Notes: a model not told the origin generated them from the sequence alone. Counted from the first letter of the stretch, positions 16,962 to 24,331 are shown. The stretch: DNA of 24,331 nucleotides from Candidatus Eiseniibacteriota bacterium (GCA_031366795.1 JANLOX010000323.1:1-24331); one strand, 5' to 3'. Program-made: numbers and translations.

Positions 16962-18761
16962 CTAGCGCTCGAGTGTCAGCTTTCGCGTCGTGATCCCGCT
17001 GCGCGACTTGATGCGCGCGAAGTACATCCCCGCGGGCAGCGCATTCCCCTCGGCGTCCCGGCCGTCCCACGCCAGTGAGTGCTCACCCGCGGAGTTCGAC
17101 TCGTTGTCGACCCGCCGCACGAACCGTCCCGAGGCGTCGAGGACATCGATGGTGACGGGCGAGAACTGCGTGAGCAGGTAGCGAATGAGCACGCAGCCGT
17201 GGCTGGGGTTCGGTAGGGTCACGAGTCGCTGGACGCCCGCGGCGGGGTGTTCCGTCCCGGCGGAGTCGACAGCCGTGGTGCCGATGCAGGTCGCGCCGTC
17301 ACTGGAGTAGATGCCGCCCTCGAGTTCGCAGCTCGTGCGTGTTGTGACCTCGCATTCACCATTCGGCAGGCGGCAGGCGCCGGCCATTGAATCGCCCAAC
17401 CCCGCTGTGCTCGCCAGCGCGCGGTCCACGACGTTCAAGGTGATCCGCTGGACCACGCTGTCGGCCGCCAGTCCGTGGCTCCAGTCGGTGGCGCCAGCGT
17501 CGAAGACGAGCCCCGGTGACTCGTACAACCCCATCGTCGCATGCCCGAAAGTTGCCGGTGCGACGCCGAGCACCACAAAGTTCGAGGGGGTGCCATCGGC
17601 GCCCGTCGCCAGCGGCAACCCCTCGTCCCAATCCAGCAACGCGCCGTCGGTCTCATAACCCACGATCGCGGCGCTGCGCCCGAGTGTATCGCCGTCACTG
17701 AGGTTCGTCCCCGCGAAGGCCCAGTGATCGGTGTGATACGCCGTGAAACCGCCAAACCCATCGGCAGCGGTGTAGTTGCCCAGGAAATTGGCGTACCCGC
17801 CGTTGCGAAAGCTCACGCCGGTCATGCGGTTCTCCGGATCAAACACCGGCGCCTTGTACCAGTTCACGGTCACCAGCGAATCCGCAACCCCGGTAAGCGG
17901 ATCGAGCCGCGCGTCCTTGTAGCACACGATCTGGTCGTCGCCGTTTATGCGAATCTGCCACCAGCAAGTATTCCCGCCGAAGAACAGCGCACTGCCGCCG
18001 CGGGCGACATGTGCGTCGACGGCGCGGCGCATCTCCCGTGACCAATATTCATCATGACCCACATCAATCATCACTCCGTAGTTCAGGAGCAGGCTGGGCG
18101 CCTGATGGATATCGGTGTCGGTGCAGTATTCCATGGTGTAACCGCGCGATTCCATGAATTGGATGAACTTGACGGGCCAGTCCAGGATATTCGAGAGACC
18201 GGCCCCCGACACGAATGGCCGCCGCAATGAAACCACGCTGCTGGGCTGGCGGTGCATTGAGTTGAACTCATACAGGCTCTTGCCCCCATACGAGTTGTAG
18301 GCCTGCATGGTCGCCAACGGCAGCACGAACAGCATGCGCGAGGTCAGACCAGGGTTGCGCGGCCGCACGACGAAGGGCGCGTAGCGCGCCTCGCCCGAGG
18401 GGATGATACGGGCGGCATAGACTCCACTGGGCCAGGAATCCGGGATGGGGAGCCTGAGTGTCGCCGTCCAGCCACAGCCGTTGGCGTATGCGCTGTCAGG
18501 CATTGCCTGCTCGTCTGCCGCGACACTGGCGTAGCTGGCGTAGGGCGTCGCGTAGTGGCCGTAGCGAATGATCTGCACGAGCACCGAGGGTTCACTACTC
18601 GAGATGCAAATGCTGACCGTATCGCCCTGCGGAACCGAGGCCGGCCATGCATAGGCATCCAGCGTGTCCGCGCGTGCGGGGGCCGCGTCGAGCGCGAGGC
18701 ATGCGGCGGCGACGAGCAAGGCGTATAGGCCACGCGAGACAGGGTTTTCTGGGTTTCCCAT
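16962..18761 (-). CDS. Secreted N,N-dimethylformamidase beta-subunit-like (DUF6605-type) protein with Cys-rich module and FlgD-Ig/T9SS-like CTD
   Basis: Signal peptide ending APARA; WPSGVY, PFVVR, TMQAYNSYGGKSLY, VSLRRPF, VGHDEYWS, FFGGN-x-x-WWQIR, GYETD, VFDAGATDW; tail PNPSHG...WDGRDAEG...PAGMYFAR. Start ATG 18761 after GGGGA. Confidence 0.85.
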   Translation of the reverse strand: MGNPENPVSRGLYALLVAAACLALDAAPARADTLDAYAWPASVPQGDTVSICISSSEPSVLVQIIRYGHYATPYASYASVAADEQAMPDSAYANGCGWTATLRLPIPDSWPSGVYAARIIPSGEARYAPFVVRPRNPGLTSRMLFVLPLATMQAYNSYGGKSLYEFNSMHRQPSSVVSLRRPFVSGAGLSNILDWPVKFIQFMESRGYTMEYCTDTDIHQAPSLLLNYGVMIDVGHDEYWSREMRRAVDAHVARGGSALFFGGNTCWWQIRINGDDQIVCYKDARLDPLTGVADSLVTVNWYKAPVFDPENRMTGVSFRNGGYANFLGNYTAADGFGGFTAYHTDHWAFAGTNLSDGDTLGRSAAIVGYETDGALLDWDEGLPLATGADGTPSNFVVLGVAPATFGHATMGLYESPGLVFDAGATDWSHGLAADSVVQRITLNVVDRALASTAGLGDSMAGACRLPNGECEVTTRTSCELEGGIYSSDGATCIGTTAVDSAGTEHPAAGVQRLVTLPNPSHGCVLIRYLLTQFSPVTIDVLDASGRFVRRVDNESNSAGEHSLAWDGRDAEGNALPAGMYFARIKSRSGITTRKLTLER

Positions 18762-18873
18762 CAATAATCCCCGAACGGTTTCCGGTGGGTTGCTGGAGCG
18801 CGGACTCAAGCCAGCGCCACAATCGCCGCAATGAGACTAGCGGTTGTGTGCAAGAACCCATAGCTTTCCTGCC

Positions 18874-20454
18874 GTGAAGAAACTCTTCGATCGCCCGCTC
18901 ACCCCGTTCATCCTGGCTGCGCTGGCGTTTGTTGTCACCGCTGGTGCGTTTGGCCTGCTCGAACCTACCGAGACGCGCTATGCGGAGATCGCCCGCGAGA
19001 TGCGCGCGAGCGGCGATTGGCTCGTGCCGCGACTTAATGGCATCGCCCACTTCGACAAGCCGCCCTTCGCATACTGGGCCGCGGCTGCGGGCATGAGTGT
19101 GTTCGGCGAGAACAGCTGGGGCGCGCGCATTCCCGTCGCACTCGCGAGCCTGCTCACGCTGGCGTTCGCATGGGTGGCTGCGCGACGCCGGTTCGCGAGG
19201 TTGGCGGCACAGCCAGCGCTCGTCATCGGAGTGCTCGCCACGATGGCGCTGCCGTTTGCCTTGGGTAGGACGCTTGCCGCCGATCCGTTCCTCGCGGCCG
19301 CGGTCGCCGGGTTCTGGGCGCTGGCGCCTTCGCCCGCCGCGATCGCATTGCTGGGACTCGGGTTCTTCATCAAGGGACCCGTGGTCTTTGTGTTCACGCT
19401 CGCTCCGTTGCTCGCCGCCGCGGCGTGGGGCCGCAGCCGCGAACCGCTACGCCTGCTCGCCCCCGGCTGGAGTTGTGCGCTGTTCGCAGGCATAGCGCTG
19501 CCGTGGTTCATCGTCGTGGCGATCCGTGTGCCGAGGCTGTTCGGTTTCTTCGTGGGCAGCGAACTGTGGCGGCGCTACGCCACGCATGCGCACCATCGCG
19601 AGGGGCCGCCGTGGTATTTCATCGTGGTGATCTTGGGCGGAGCGCTGCCATGGACCGCCGCCGTGATCGCGGGAATAGTCCGCGCCTGGCGCGATCGTTG
19701 GCAGGAGGACTCGCGCCTGCTGCTCGCCTGGCTGATCGTGCCCTTCGTGTTCTTCTCGTGCTCGGGATCCAAGTTGCCCGCGTATGTGCTGCCCTGCTTC
19801 CCGGCCATCGCCATGCTCGCGGCAAGCGGTCTCGAGCATGCAGGACGCGCGCTGCGTTGGACCACCGCCGCGACGCTGCTGGCACTCGCCGCGACGGGGA
19901 TGATCGCTGGCCCATCGCTGCTCGCACGGGCGGTGGGCGCGCCGCCCGGCCCCATCGCGGCGCTGCCGGTGCTGGTGAGCGTGGGTCTCGCGCTGTGGGC
20001 GCTCGCCGCGTTGTTCATCACGGGTGCCCGCGCCCCCACAGCCACCATGATCGTGCTCGTGGGCTGGCTGGCCCTCGCGTTCGGGCTCGCCCGCTACGAG
20101 AGCCCGCTGGGCAGCCCGCGCGCGCTCGCTGAATTACTGCAGCAGCAGCGCGGCCCGGGCGAGCCCGTGGTCGAGCTGCGCAAGTTCAATGCCGGCCTGC
20201 CGTTCACCCTGCGTGAGCCGGTCCGCCTGCTCGAGGTCGATCGCGATACCGCGTTCACCTCGAGCGCCGATCTCGCGCGCGTCATGATCACGCGCGACTC
20301 ACTCGTTGCGCTCGCCCAACGCTCCGATCGCGTGTGGCTGCTCGCTCCCGGACGCGAGGGGGCGGCGCTGTCACATGCGCTGGGCCTCGATTACCAGCGC
20401 GTGGCGACCTGGCGGGGATCGACGCTCGGCTTTGCGACCTGTTTGCCTTTCTAG
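18874..20454 (+). CDS. ArnT-like GT-C glycosyltransferase (GT83/PMT_2)
   Basis: ETRYAEIAREM-x3-GDW-x2-P-x-LNG-x2-HFDKPP-x2-YW, FIKGPV, LPWF, HH-x-x-GPPWYF, LPW, FFS-x-S-x-SKLPAYVLP; many TM segments. Start GTG 18874. Confidence 0.9.
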   Translation: MKKLFDRPLTPFILAALAFVVTAGAFGLLEPTETRYAEIAREMRASGDWLVPRLNGIAHFDKPPFAYWAAAAGMSVFGENSWGARIPVALASLLTLAFAWVAARRRFARLAAQPALVIGVLATMALPFALGRTLAADPFLAAAVAGFWALAPSPAAIALLGLGFFIKGPVVFVFTLAPLLAAAAWGRSREPLRLLAPGWSCALFAGIALPWFIVVAIRVPRLFGFFVGSELWRRYATHAHHREGPPWYFIVVILGGALPWTAAVIAGIVRAWRDRWQEDSRLLLAWLIVPFVFFSCSGSKLPAYVLPCFPAIAMLAASGLEHAGRALRWTTAATLLALAATGMIAGPSLLARAVGAPPGPIAALPVLVSVGLALWALAALFITGARAPTATMIVLVGWLALAFGLARYESPLGSPRALAELLQQQRGPGEPVVELRKFNAGLPFTLREPVRLLEVDRDTAFTSSADLARVMITRDSLVALAQRSDRVWLLAPGREGAALSHALGLDYQRVATWRGSTLGFATCLPF

Positions 20455-20558
20455 GGTGGCACCCGCCGCGCGAGCGGGGCTATAGTCCCAGCTCGCCGCT
20501 CCCCTTGCGACACGGAACGTTTCACCCATACACGAGGATGGATCCTCGAGGAGTCGGT

Positions 20559-21128
20559 ATGCGCCGTTTTCTATTCGCACTTTGCGCTGCTCTCGCGCTC
20601 GCTACGACCGCCCATGCCCAGGAACACGCGCCGGTCCCCAAGACGCCGACGGGACTGCTCACCGGCGTGGATGTCATGAGCGCCACCGTGATGCAACAGG
20701 GCCAGAGCTCGTTCTCAGGAATCGGCTTGCGCGTGCGGCTGCATCCCGAACGGATGATCACCGGTTTCGAGGTGCTGCCCATCGTCGAGTACTGGCGCAA
20801 CAGCAGCACCCTGACGGCGTTCGACATCAAGACCACGCGCAAGGATGCGACGCTGGGAGTCGATGCCCGCTACTCATTTCATGCCGGGAACTGGAATCCC
20901 TACTTCGGCGCGGGCTATGGCATACACTTCCTGTCGAGCAAGGTGAATGCGCCCTCATTCGGCCTGAATGAGAAGAGCGACTCGGTGGTCAAGGGCGGGC
21001 TCGCGGCGCTGCTGGGCACGACGTTCCCAATGACCACGCGCGTCGACAACTTCCTCGAGCTCAAGTACCACCACATCCCCGGTTACAAGCAGCTGAAGAT
21101 CAACTGGGGACTGTCGGTGAAGTTGTAG
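20559..21128 (+). CDS. Small outer-membrane beta-barrel protein (OmpW/OmpA-like, about 8 strands)
   Basis: GAGGAG SD; signal peptide MRRFLFALCAALALATTAHA; amphipathic strands including NPYFGAGYG and FLELKYH; terminal strand INWGLSVKL. Confidence 0.8.
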   Translation: MRRFLFALCAALALATTAHAQEHAPVPKTPTGLLTGVDVMSATVMQQGQSSFSGIGLRVRLHPERMITGFEVLPIVEYWRNSSTLTAFDIKTTRKDATLGVDARYSFHAGNWNPYFGAGYGIHFLSSKVNAPSFGLNEKSDSVVKGGLAALLGTTFPMTTRVDNFLELKYHHIPGYKQLKINWGLSVKL

Positions 21129-21192
21129 GCACTTCTGCCACGGTGCAGCCTGGCGCAGCCGAGCGGGCGAATGAGCCAAGCTTTGCATGCGG

Positions 21193-21237
21193 ACAAAACG
21201 TCTGGACTTGCGCATAACACCAGACGTTTTGTATCAT
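21193..21237 (+). promoter_or_regulatory. abiE promoter with 13-bp inverted-repeat operator
   Basis: ACAAAACGTCTGG (21193-21205), 14-nt spacer, CCAGACGTTTTGT (21220-21232): a perfect inverted repeat. TTGCGC (21208-21213), 18 nt, TATCAT (21232-21237). Confidence 0.75.
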
Positions 21238-21247
21238 CGCATGCGCC

Positions 21248-21850
21248 ATGCCCATTAATCGTGAACAACTAATCCTCCGAGCTATTCGGCACCGTGGAAT
21301 CGTGCGAGCCGCAGACCTCGAAGCGCTGGGCATCTCCCGGAGCCAGCTCTATCGACTCGTGAGCAAAGGTCTCGTGGAACGGCAGAATCGCGGGATCTAT
21401 GTCGCGAGCGGGCACGCGCTCACCGCAGAGCACGTTCTTGCACAGGTCGCGAAGCGGGTTGCCGGGGGAGTCTTCTGTCTACTGACCGCGCTGCAAATTC
21501 ATGGCCTGACGACCCAAGCCCCTGCTGAGGTCTGGATCGCTATTCCTGAAAATGCCCGCAAGCCTCGCCTCGACCATCCCCATCTGCGTGTCGCCCGCTT
21601 CTCAGCTACGGCCTACTCCGAGGGCATTCAGCGAAGGCGAGTCGAAGGTGTCGAACTTCGCGTCTATTCCCCTGCCAAAACCGTGGCCGACTGCTTCAAG
21701 TACCGGAACAAGATCGGCATCGACGTCGCGGTCGAAGCGCTTCGCGACTTCAGTCGCCGGCATCGGGGCGGCGCGACAGAACTCGCTCGCTTCGCGCGAA
21801 TTTGTCGGGTGACCCGCGTGATGCAGCCGTATCTGGATGCAATTGCATGA
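21248..21850 (+). CDS. abiEi: Type IV toxin-antitoxin AbiEi family antitoxin
   Basis: N-terminal wHTH (GIVRAADL...LYRLV-x-x-GLVER-x-x-RGIY), CLLTAL-x-x-HGLTTQ-x-P, VYSPAKTVADCFKYRNKIG-x-DVA-x-EAL. Stop overlaps the toxin ATG (ATGA). Confidence 0.92.
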   Translation: MPINREQLILRAIRHRGIVRAADLEALGISRSQLYRLVSKGLVERQNRGIYVASGHALTAEHVLAQVAKRVAGGVFCLLTALQIHGLTTQAPAEVWIAIPENARKPRLDHPHLRVARFSATAYSEGIQRRRVEGVELRVYSPAKTVADCFKYRNKIGIDVAVEALRDFSRRHRGGATELARFARICRVTRVMQPYLDAIA

Positions 21851-22684
21851 AGGGCGAGCAGGGCAATTCTCCCGGCCTCGGTCGCCGCTCGACTCCTGAA
21901 CCATGCCAAGAAGACTGGCGAGAGTCACCAGACCTTGCTGACGAGCTTCTGCTTCGAACGATTCCTCTATCGGCTTGGACAAAGTGCTGTGCGGGACCGA
22001 TTCGTGTTGAAGGGCGCGATGCTGCTTCGCCTTTGGTCGCATCAGCCCTACAGGGCGACGCGAGACCTGGACCTGCTGCGGAATGGTGATGGGTCCTTCG
22101 AGGCGATCCGCGCCGATCCGCTGACCATTTGCTCAGAGCCCTCCCAGCCGGCTCGGCACGTCTCGTACTTCAGATCGACATGGGGGCGGGCGACTCCGTC
22201 TGGCCCGCTCCGCAGTCGTGCAATTACCCCACGCTGCTCGAGTTTCCAGCTCCGCGAGTCCTGGCCTATCCGCGCGAGGCCGTGATCGCAGAGAAGCTCG
22301 AGGCGATGGTGGTGTTGGGAGATCGCAATAGCCGGATCAAGGACTTCTTCGATCTCCACTTCCTCGCAAGCCAATTCGAAGTGGACCGTGCCACGTTGAC
22401 GGAAGCTATCCGCCGGACGTTCGAGCGTCGACGAACGCCGATCCCGTCCGAGCCACCCAATCGGACTCACTCGAGCGTACTGGGAGAACACTTCTCGACC
22501 CGCTCAGGTGAGTGCATTCGCGCGACGCGCGGGGCTCACTATCCCCACGGATCCTGGGCAGGATCTAGGGGATCTACTGGGGGCATTCCTGCTCCCCGTA
22601 CTCGCCGACTTGGCGTGTAGCCGCGGGCAATCAGGGATCTGGAAACCCGGCGGGCCGTGGACGTCACATGAAGACGAAATCTAA
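21847..22684 (+). pseudogene. abiEii: AbiEii nucleotidyltransferase toxin, disrupted by two +1 frameshifts and an internal frame change with probable deletion
   Basis: Segments in alternating frames: MKGEQGN | (about 21868) LPASVAARLLNHAK...ERFLYRL...FVLKGAMLL...RATRDLDLL...ICSE | (about 22140) LPAGSARLVLQIDMGAGD...YPTLL...AEKLEAM...NSRIKDFFDL...TF-x-RR-x-TP...EPP | (about 22459) IGLTRAYWE...FLLPVL...WKPGGPW...TAA 22682-22684. Confidence 0.88.
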
Positions 22685-23511
22685 AAGCTGTACCCCAGCA
22701 AACCCGGGTCCGGCATCAGGTCGGGGCTCCACGGGTCGGGCATGATCTCGACTTCGCAGGGCTGCGGCACCACGGCCTCCGTCGCCTGCTTCACGTCCGC
22801 CATCATCTGCGGTGCGTAAGGGCAGAACGGCGTCGTCAGCATCATCTTGACGAACGTGAGCCCGGGCGGGAACAGCACTTCGCGGATCAAGCCCAAGTCG
22901 ATCACCGACAGGCCGATCTCGGGATCCATCACGCTCTCGAGCGCGGAACGAACGGCGAGTTCCTGCTGGCTCGGCGCGGGCTTGGAGCCATCCGGGGGCG
23001 CGGCGGCGGTGTCCGCGGCGACAGCGGGCGTGGTGACGGGCGCGGCAACAGCGTCCGCGCTAACGGACGGTGCACCAATGTCCGCGCCAGCGGACGGGGC
23101 AGCGGACGGGGCAGCGGTATTGCCAGCGACGGCCGTGGGGCCGGCGGCGGGGGCAGCGGCGCCGGAAGCATCACCGTCCTCACGCATCACCTGCCACCGC
23201 ACCTGGATCTCGTCGCCCTCAATACGCACGGCGTACGTATTCACCGCCCCGGTCGCGGGCAGGCACAGCGCTTCTCCGGTGCGCACGCTGAAGCGCGCGC
23301 CGTGGCGCGGACATTCGATTTCTTCGCCCTCGATAAAGCCTTCAGCGAGCGGGCCGCCGTCGTGCGAACAAGCGTCATCCATGGCGAAGTAGTCATCGCC
23401 GACGCGGAAGATGGCGATGGCGGTGTCCTCGATGCGTACAACCTTGACGGAGCCCGCGGCGATTTCGCCAGCGCGCGCGACGGGAATGAATCGTTCGGAA
23501 GTGGCGGTCAC
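22681..23511 (-). CDS. Fusion protein: Rieske-type ferredoxin + Ala/Pro linker + DUF59 (SufT/PaaD-like) Fe-S assembly domain
   Basis: GTG 23511 overlaps the upstream stop (GTGA). Rieske ligands CSHDGGPL and ECPRHGARF; linker of about 70 aa; VMDPEIGLSVIDLGLI...MMLTTPFCP...PWSPDLM. One uninterrupted frame. Confidence 0.9.
   Translation of the reverse strand: MTATSERFIPVARAGEIAAGSVKVVRIEDTAIAIFRVGDDYFAMDDACSHDGGPLAEGFIEGEEIECPRHGARFSVRTGEALCLPATGAVNTYAVRIEGDEIQVRWQVMREDGDASGAAAPAAGPTAVAGNTAAPSAAPSAGADIGAPSVSADAVAAPVTTPAVAADTAAAPPDGSKPAPSQQELAVRSALESVMDPEIGLSVIDLGLIREVLFPPGLTFVKMMLTTPFCPYAPQMMADVKQATEAVVPQPCEVEIMPDPWSPDLMPDPGLLGYSF
23088..23117. repeat. 12-bp tandem repeat (2.5 copies) in the fusion linker
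   Basis: CAGCGGACGGGG CAGCGGACGGGG CAGCGG, encoding AAPS-AAPS on the minus strand. Confidence 0.8.
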
Positions 23512-23915
23512 AGTGTGTCGTCCTCTTCTCCGGGCCACCGCTCGATTCCGTAGGCGCCGGCCTTCAGGGTTTTGAGTCCCAGCAACGCGCACTTGAGGCG
23601 CACCGGACCCAGTTCGATTCCAAGCATTTCGAGTATGTCGTCGCGGGAGATTGTCTTCACCTGCTCGAGCTCCATGCCCATTACTTTCTCGCACAGCATC
23701 GAGGCGGCAGCCTGGCTGATCGCGCAGCCCGAGCCGGAGAAGCGCACATCGGACACGCGCCCGGCTTCGACGTTCAAGTCGATGCGAATGCGATCGCCGC
23801 ACAGCGGGTTGGCGTCCTCGTACGAATAGGTCGGGCTCTCCAGCGTCCCGTGCTGCCGCGGGTTCTGGGAATGATCGAGGATCTCCTCGCGATAGATCTC
23901 GTCCCAGCCGCTCAT
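23508..23915 (-). CDS. sufU: NifU/IscU/SufU-type Fe-S assembly protein
   Basis: ATG 23915 overlaps the sufS stop (ATGA). YREEILDH-x-x-NPR, NPLCGD, GCAISQA-x-ASM, RLKCALL. Confidence 0.9.
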   Translation of the reverse strand: MSGWDEIYREEILDHSQNPRQHGTLESPTYSYEDANPLCGDRIRIDLNVEAGRVSDVRFSGSGCAISQAAASMLCEKVMGMELEQVKTISRDDILEMLGIELGPVRLKCALLGLKTLKAGAYGIERWPGEEDDTL

Positions 23916-24331
23916 CGCGTGAACACCTTGCGCACGTGGTGCAGGCCATCGATCAGCGCGTCGACATCCTCGCGCACCGAGTAACAGTGAAACGACGCGC
24001 GCGCCGACGCCGGCACGCCCAATTGCTCGTGCAGCGGCATGGCGCAATGGTGCCCTGCGCGGACGGCGATGCCCTTGTGGTCAAGCACCGTCGCGATGTC
24101 GTGGGGATGGACGCCGTCCATCGTGAAGGTGACGACTCCGCCGCGATGCTCGGCAGCGGGACCCAGCACCGTGAGCCCGGGCACTTCAGCCACGCGCTCG
24201 AGCGCATAGCTCGCGAGTTCGCGATCGTGCGCGAATACCGCGTCCATGCCGAGCTCCTCGAGGAACTGCACGGCGGCGCCCAGGCCTACCGCTTCCGCAA
24301 TGGCCATGGTGCCGGCCTCAAACTTCCACGG
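23912..24331 (-). CDS. sufS: Group II cysteine desulfurase, 3' part only
   Basis: PWKFEAGT, VHPHDIA, GIAVRAGHHCAMPL (group II catalytic Cys motif RxGHHCA), ARASF. The 5' end lies outside the window. Confidence 0.95.
   Translation of the reverse strand, partial: PWKFEAGTMAIAEAVGLGAAVQFLEELGMDAVFAHDRELASYALERVAEVPGLTVLGPAAEHRGGVVTFTMDGVHPHDIATVLDHKGIAVRAGHHCAMPLHEQLGVPASARASFHCYSVREDVDALIDGLHHVRKVFTR

Noticed and set aside
21129..22684. AbiE locus as a defined mobile element
   Set aside because: No transposase, integrase, tRNA target, terminal repeats or target-site duplication were seen.
21847..22684. Programmed frameshifting to express full-length AbiEii
   Set aside because: Three shifts would be needed, no slippery heptamer or long homopolymer lies at the breaks, and one break appears to remove coding sequence.
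23512..23949. Track's 422-aa ORF starting at 23949
   Set aside because: The first 146 codons overlap sufU and sufS in another frame and carry no motif; GTG 23511 fits operon coupling.

Overview
GC-rich bacterial chromosomal window from a diderm organism. Two secreted proteins end in FlgD-Ig/T9SS type A-like tails, which suggests an FCB-related lineage such as Eisenbacteria (inference only). From left to right: a truncated membrane-protein gene; a proteostasis block (hsp20, lon, small exported protein, RMD1/DUF155-like protein, convergent second hsp20); a Cys-rich secreted protein; a coupled pair of a Gfo/Idh/MocA oxidoreductase and an aldo/keto-reductase-like barrel, both with altered motifs; GIDE-lemA; VF530; a DEAD-box helicase; a Uup-like ABC-F; a 53-aa membrane microprotein missing from the ORF track; a Nudix hydrolase; an HEXXH protein; a GT2/LAB_N/ArnT-like lipid A modification set split by an oppositely oriented secreted dimethylformamidase-beta-like gene; an outer-membrane beta-barrel; an AbiE type IV toxin-antitoxin locus with intact antitoxin, 13-bp inverted-repeat operator and a toxin broken in three places; and the end of a suf operon (sufS, U-type scaffold, Rieske ferredoxin fused to DUF59/SufT). 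I saw no rRNA, tRNA, CRISPR array, transposase or integrase. The best leads are the Rieske-DUF59 fusion, the swapped catalytic motif in the oxidoreductase, the CTD-tagged secreted cargo and the orphaned AbiE antitoxin. All family calls come from recognising motifs by eye; no searches were run.
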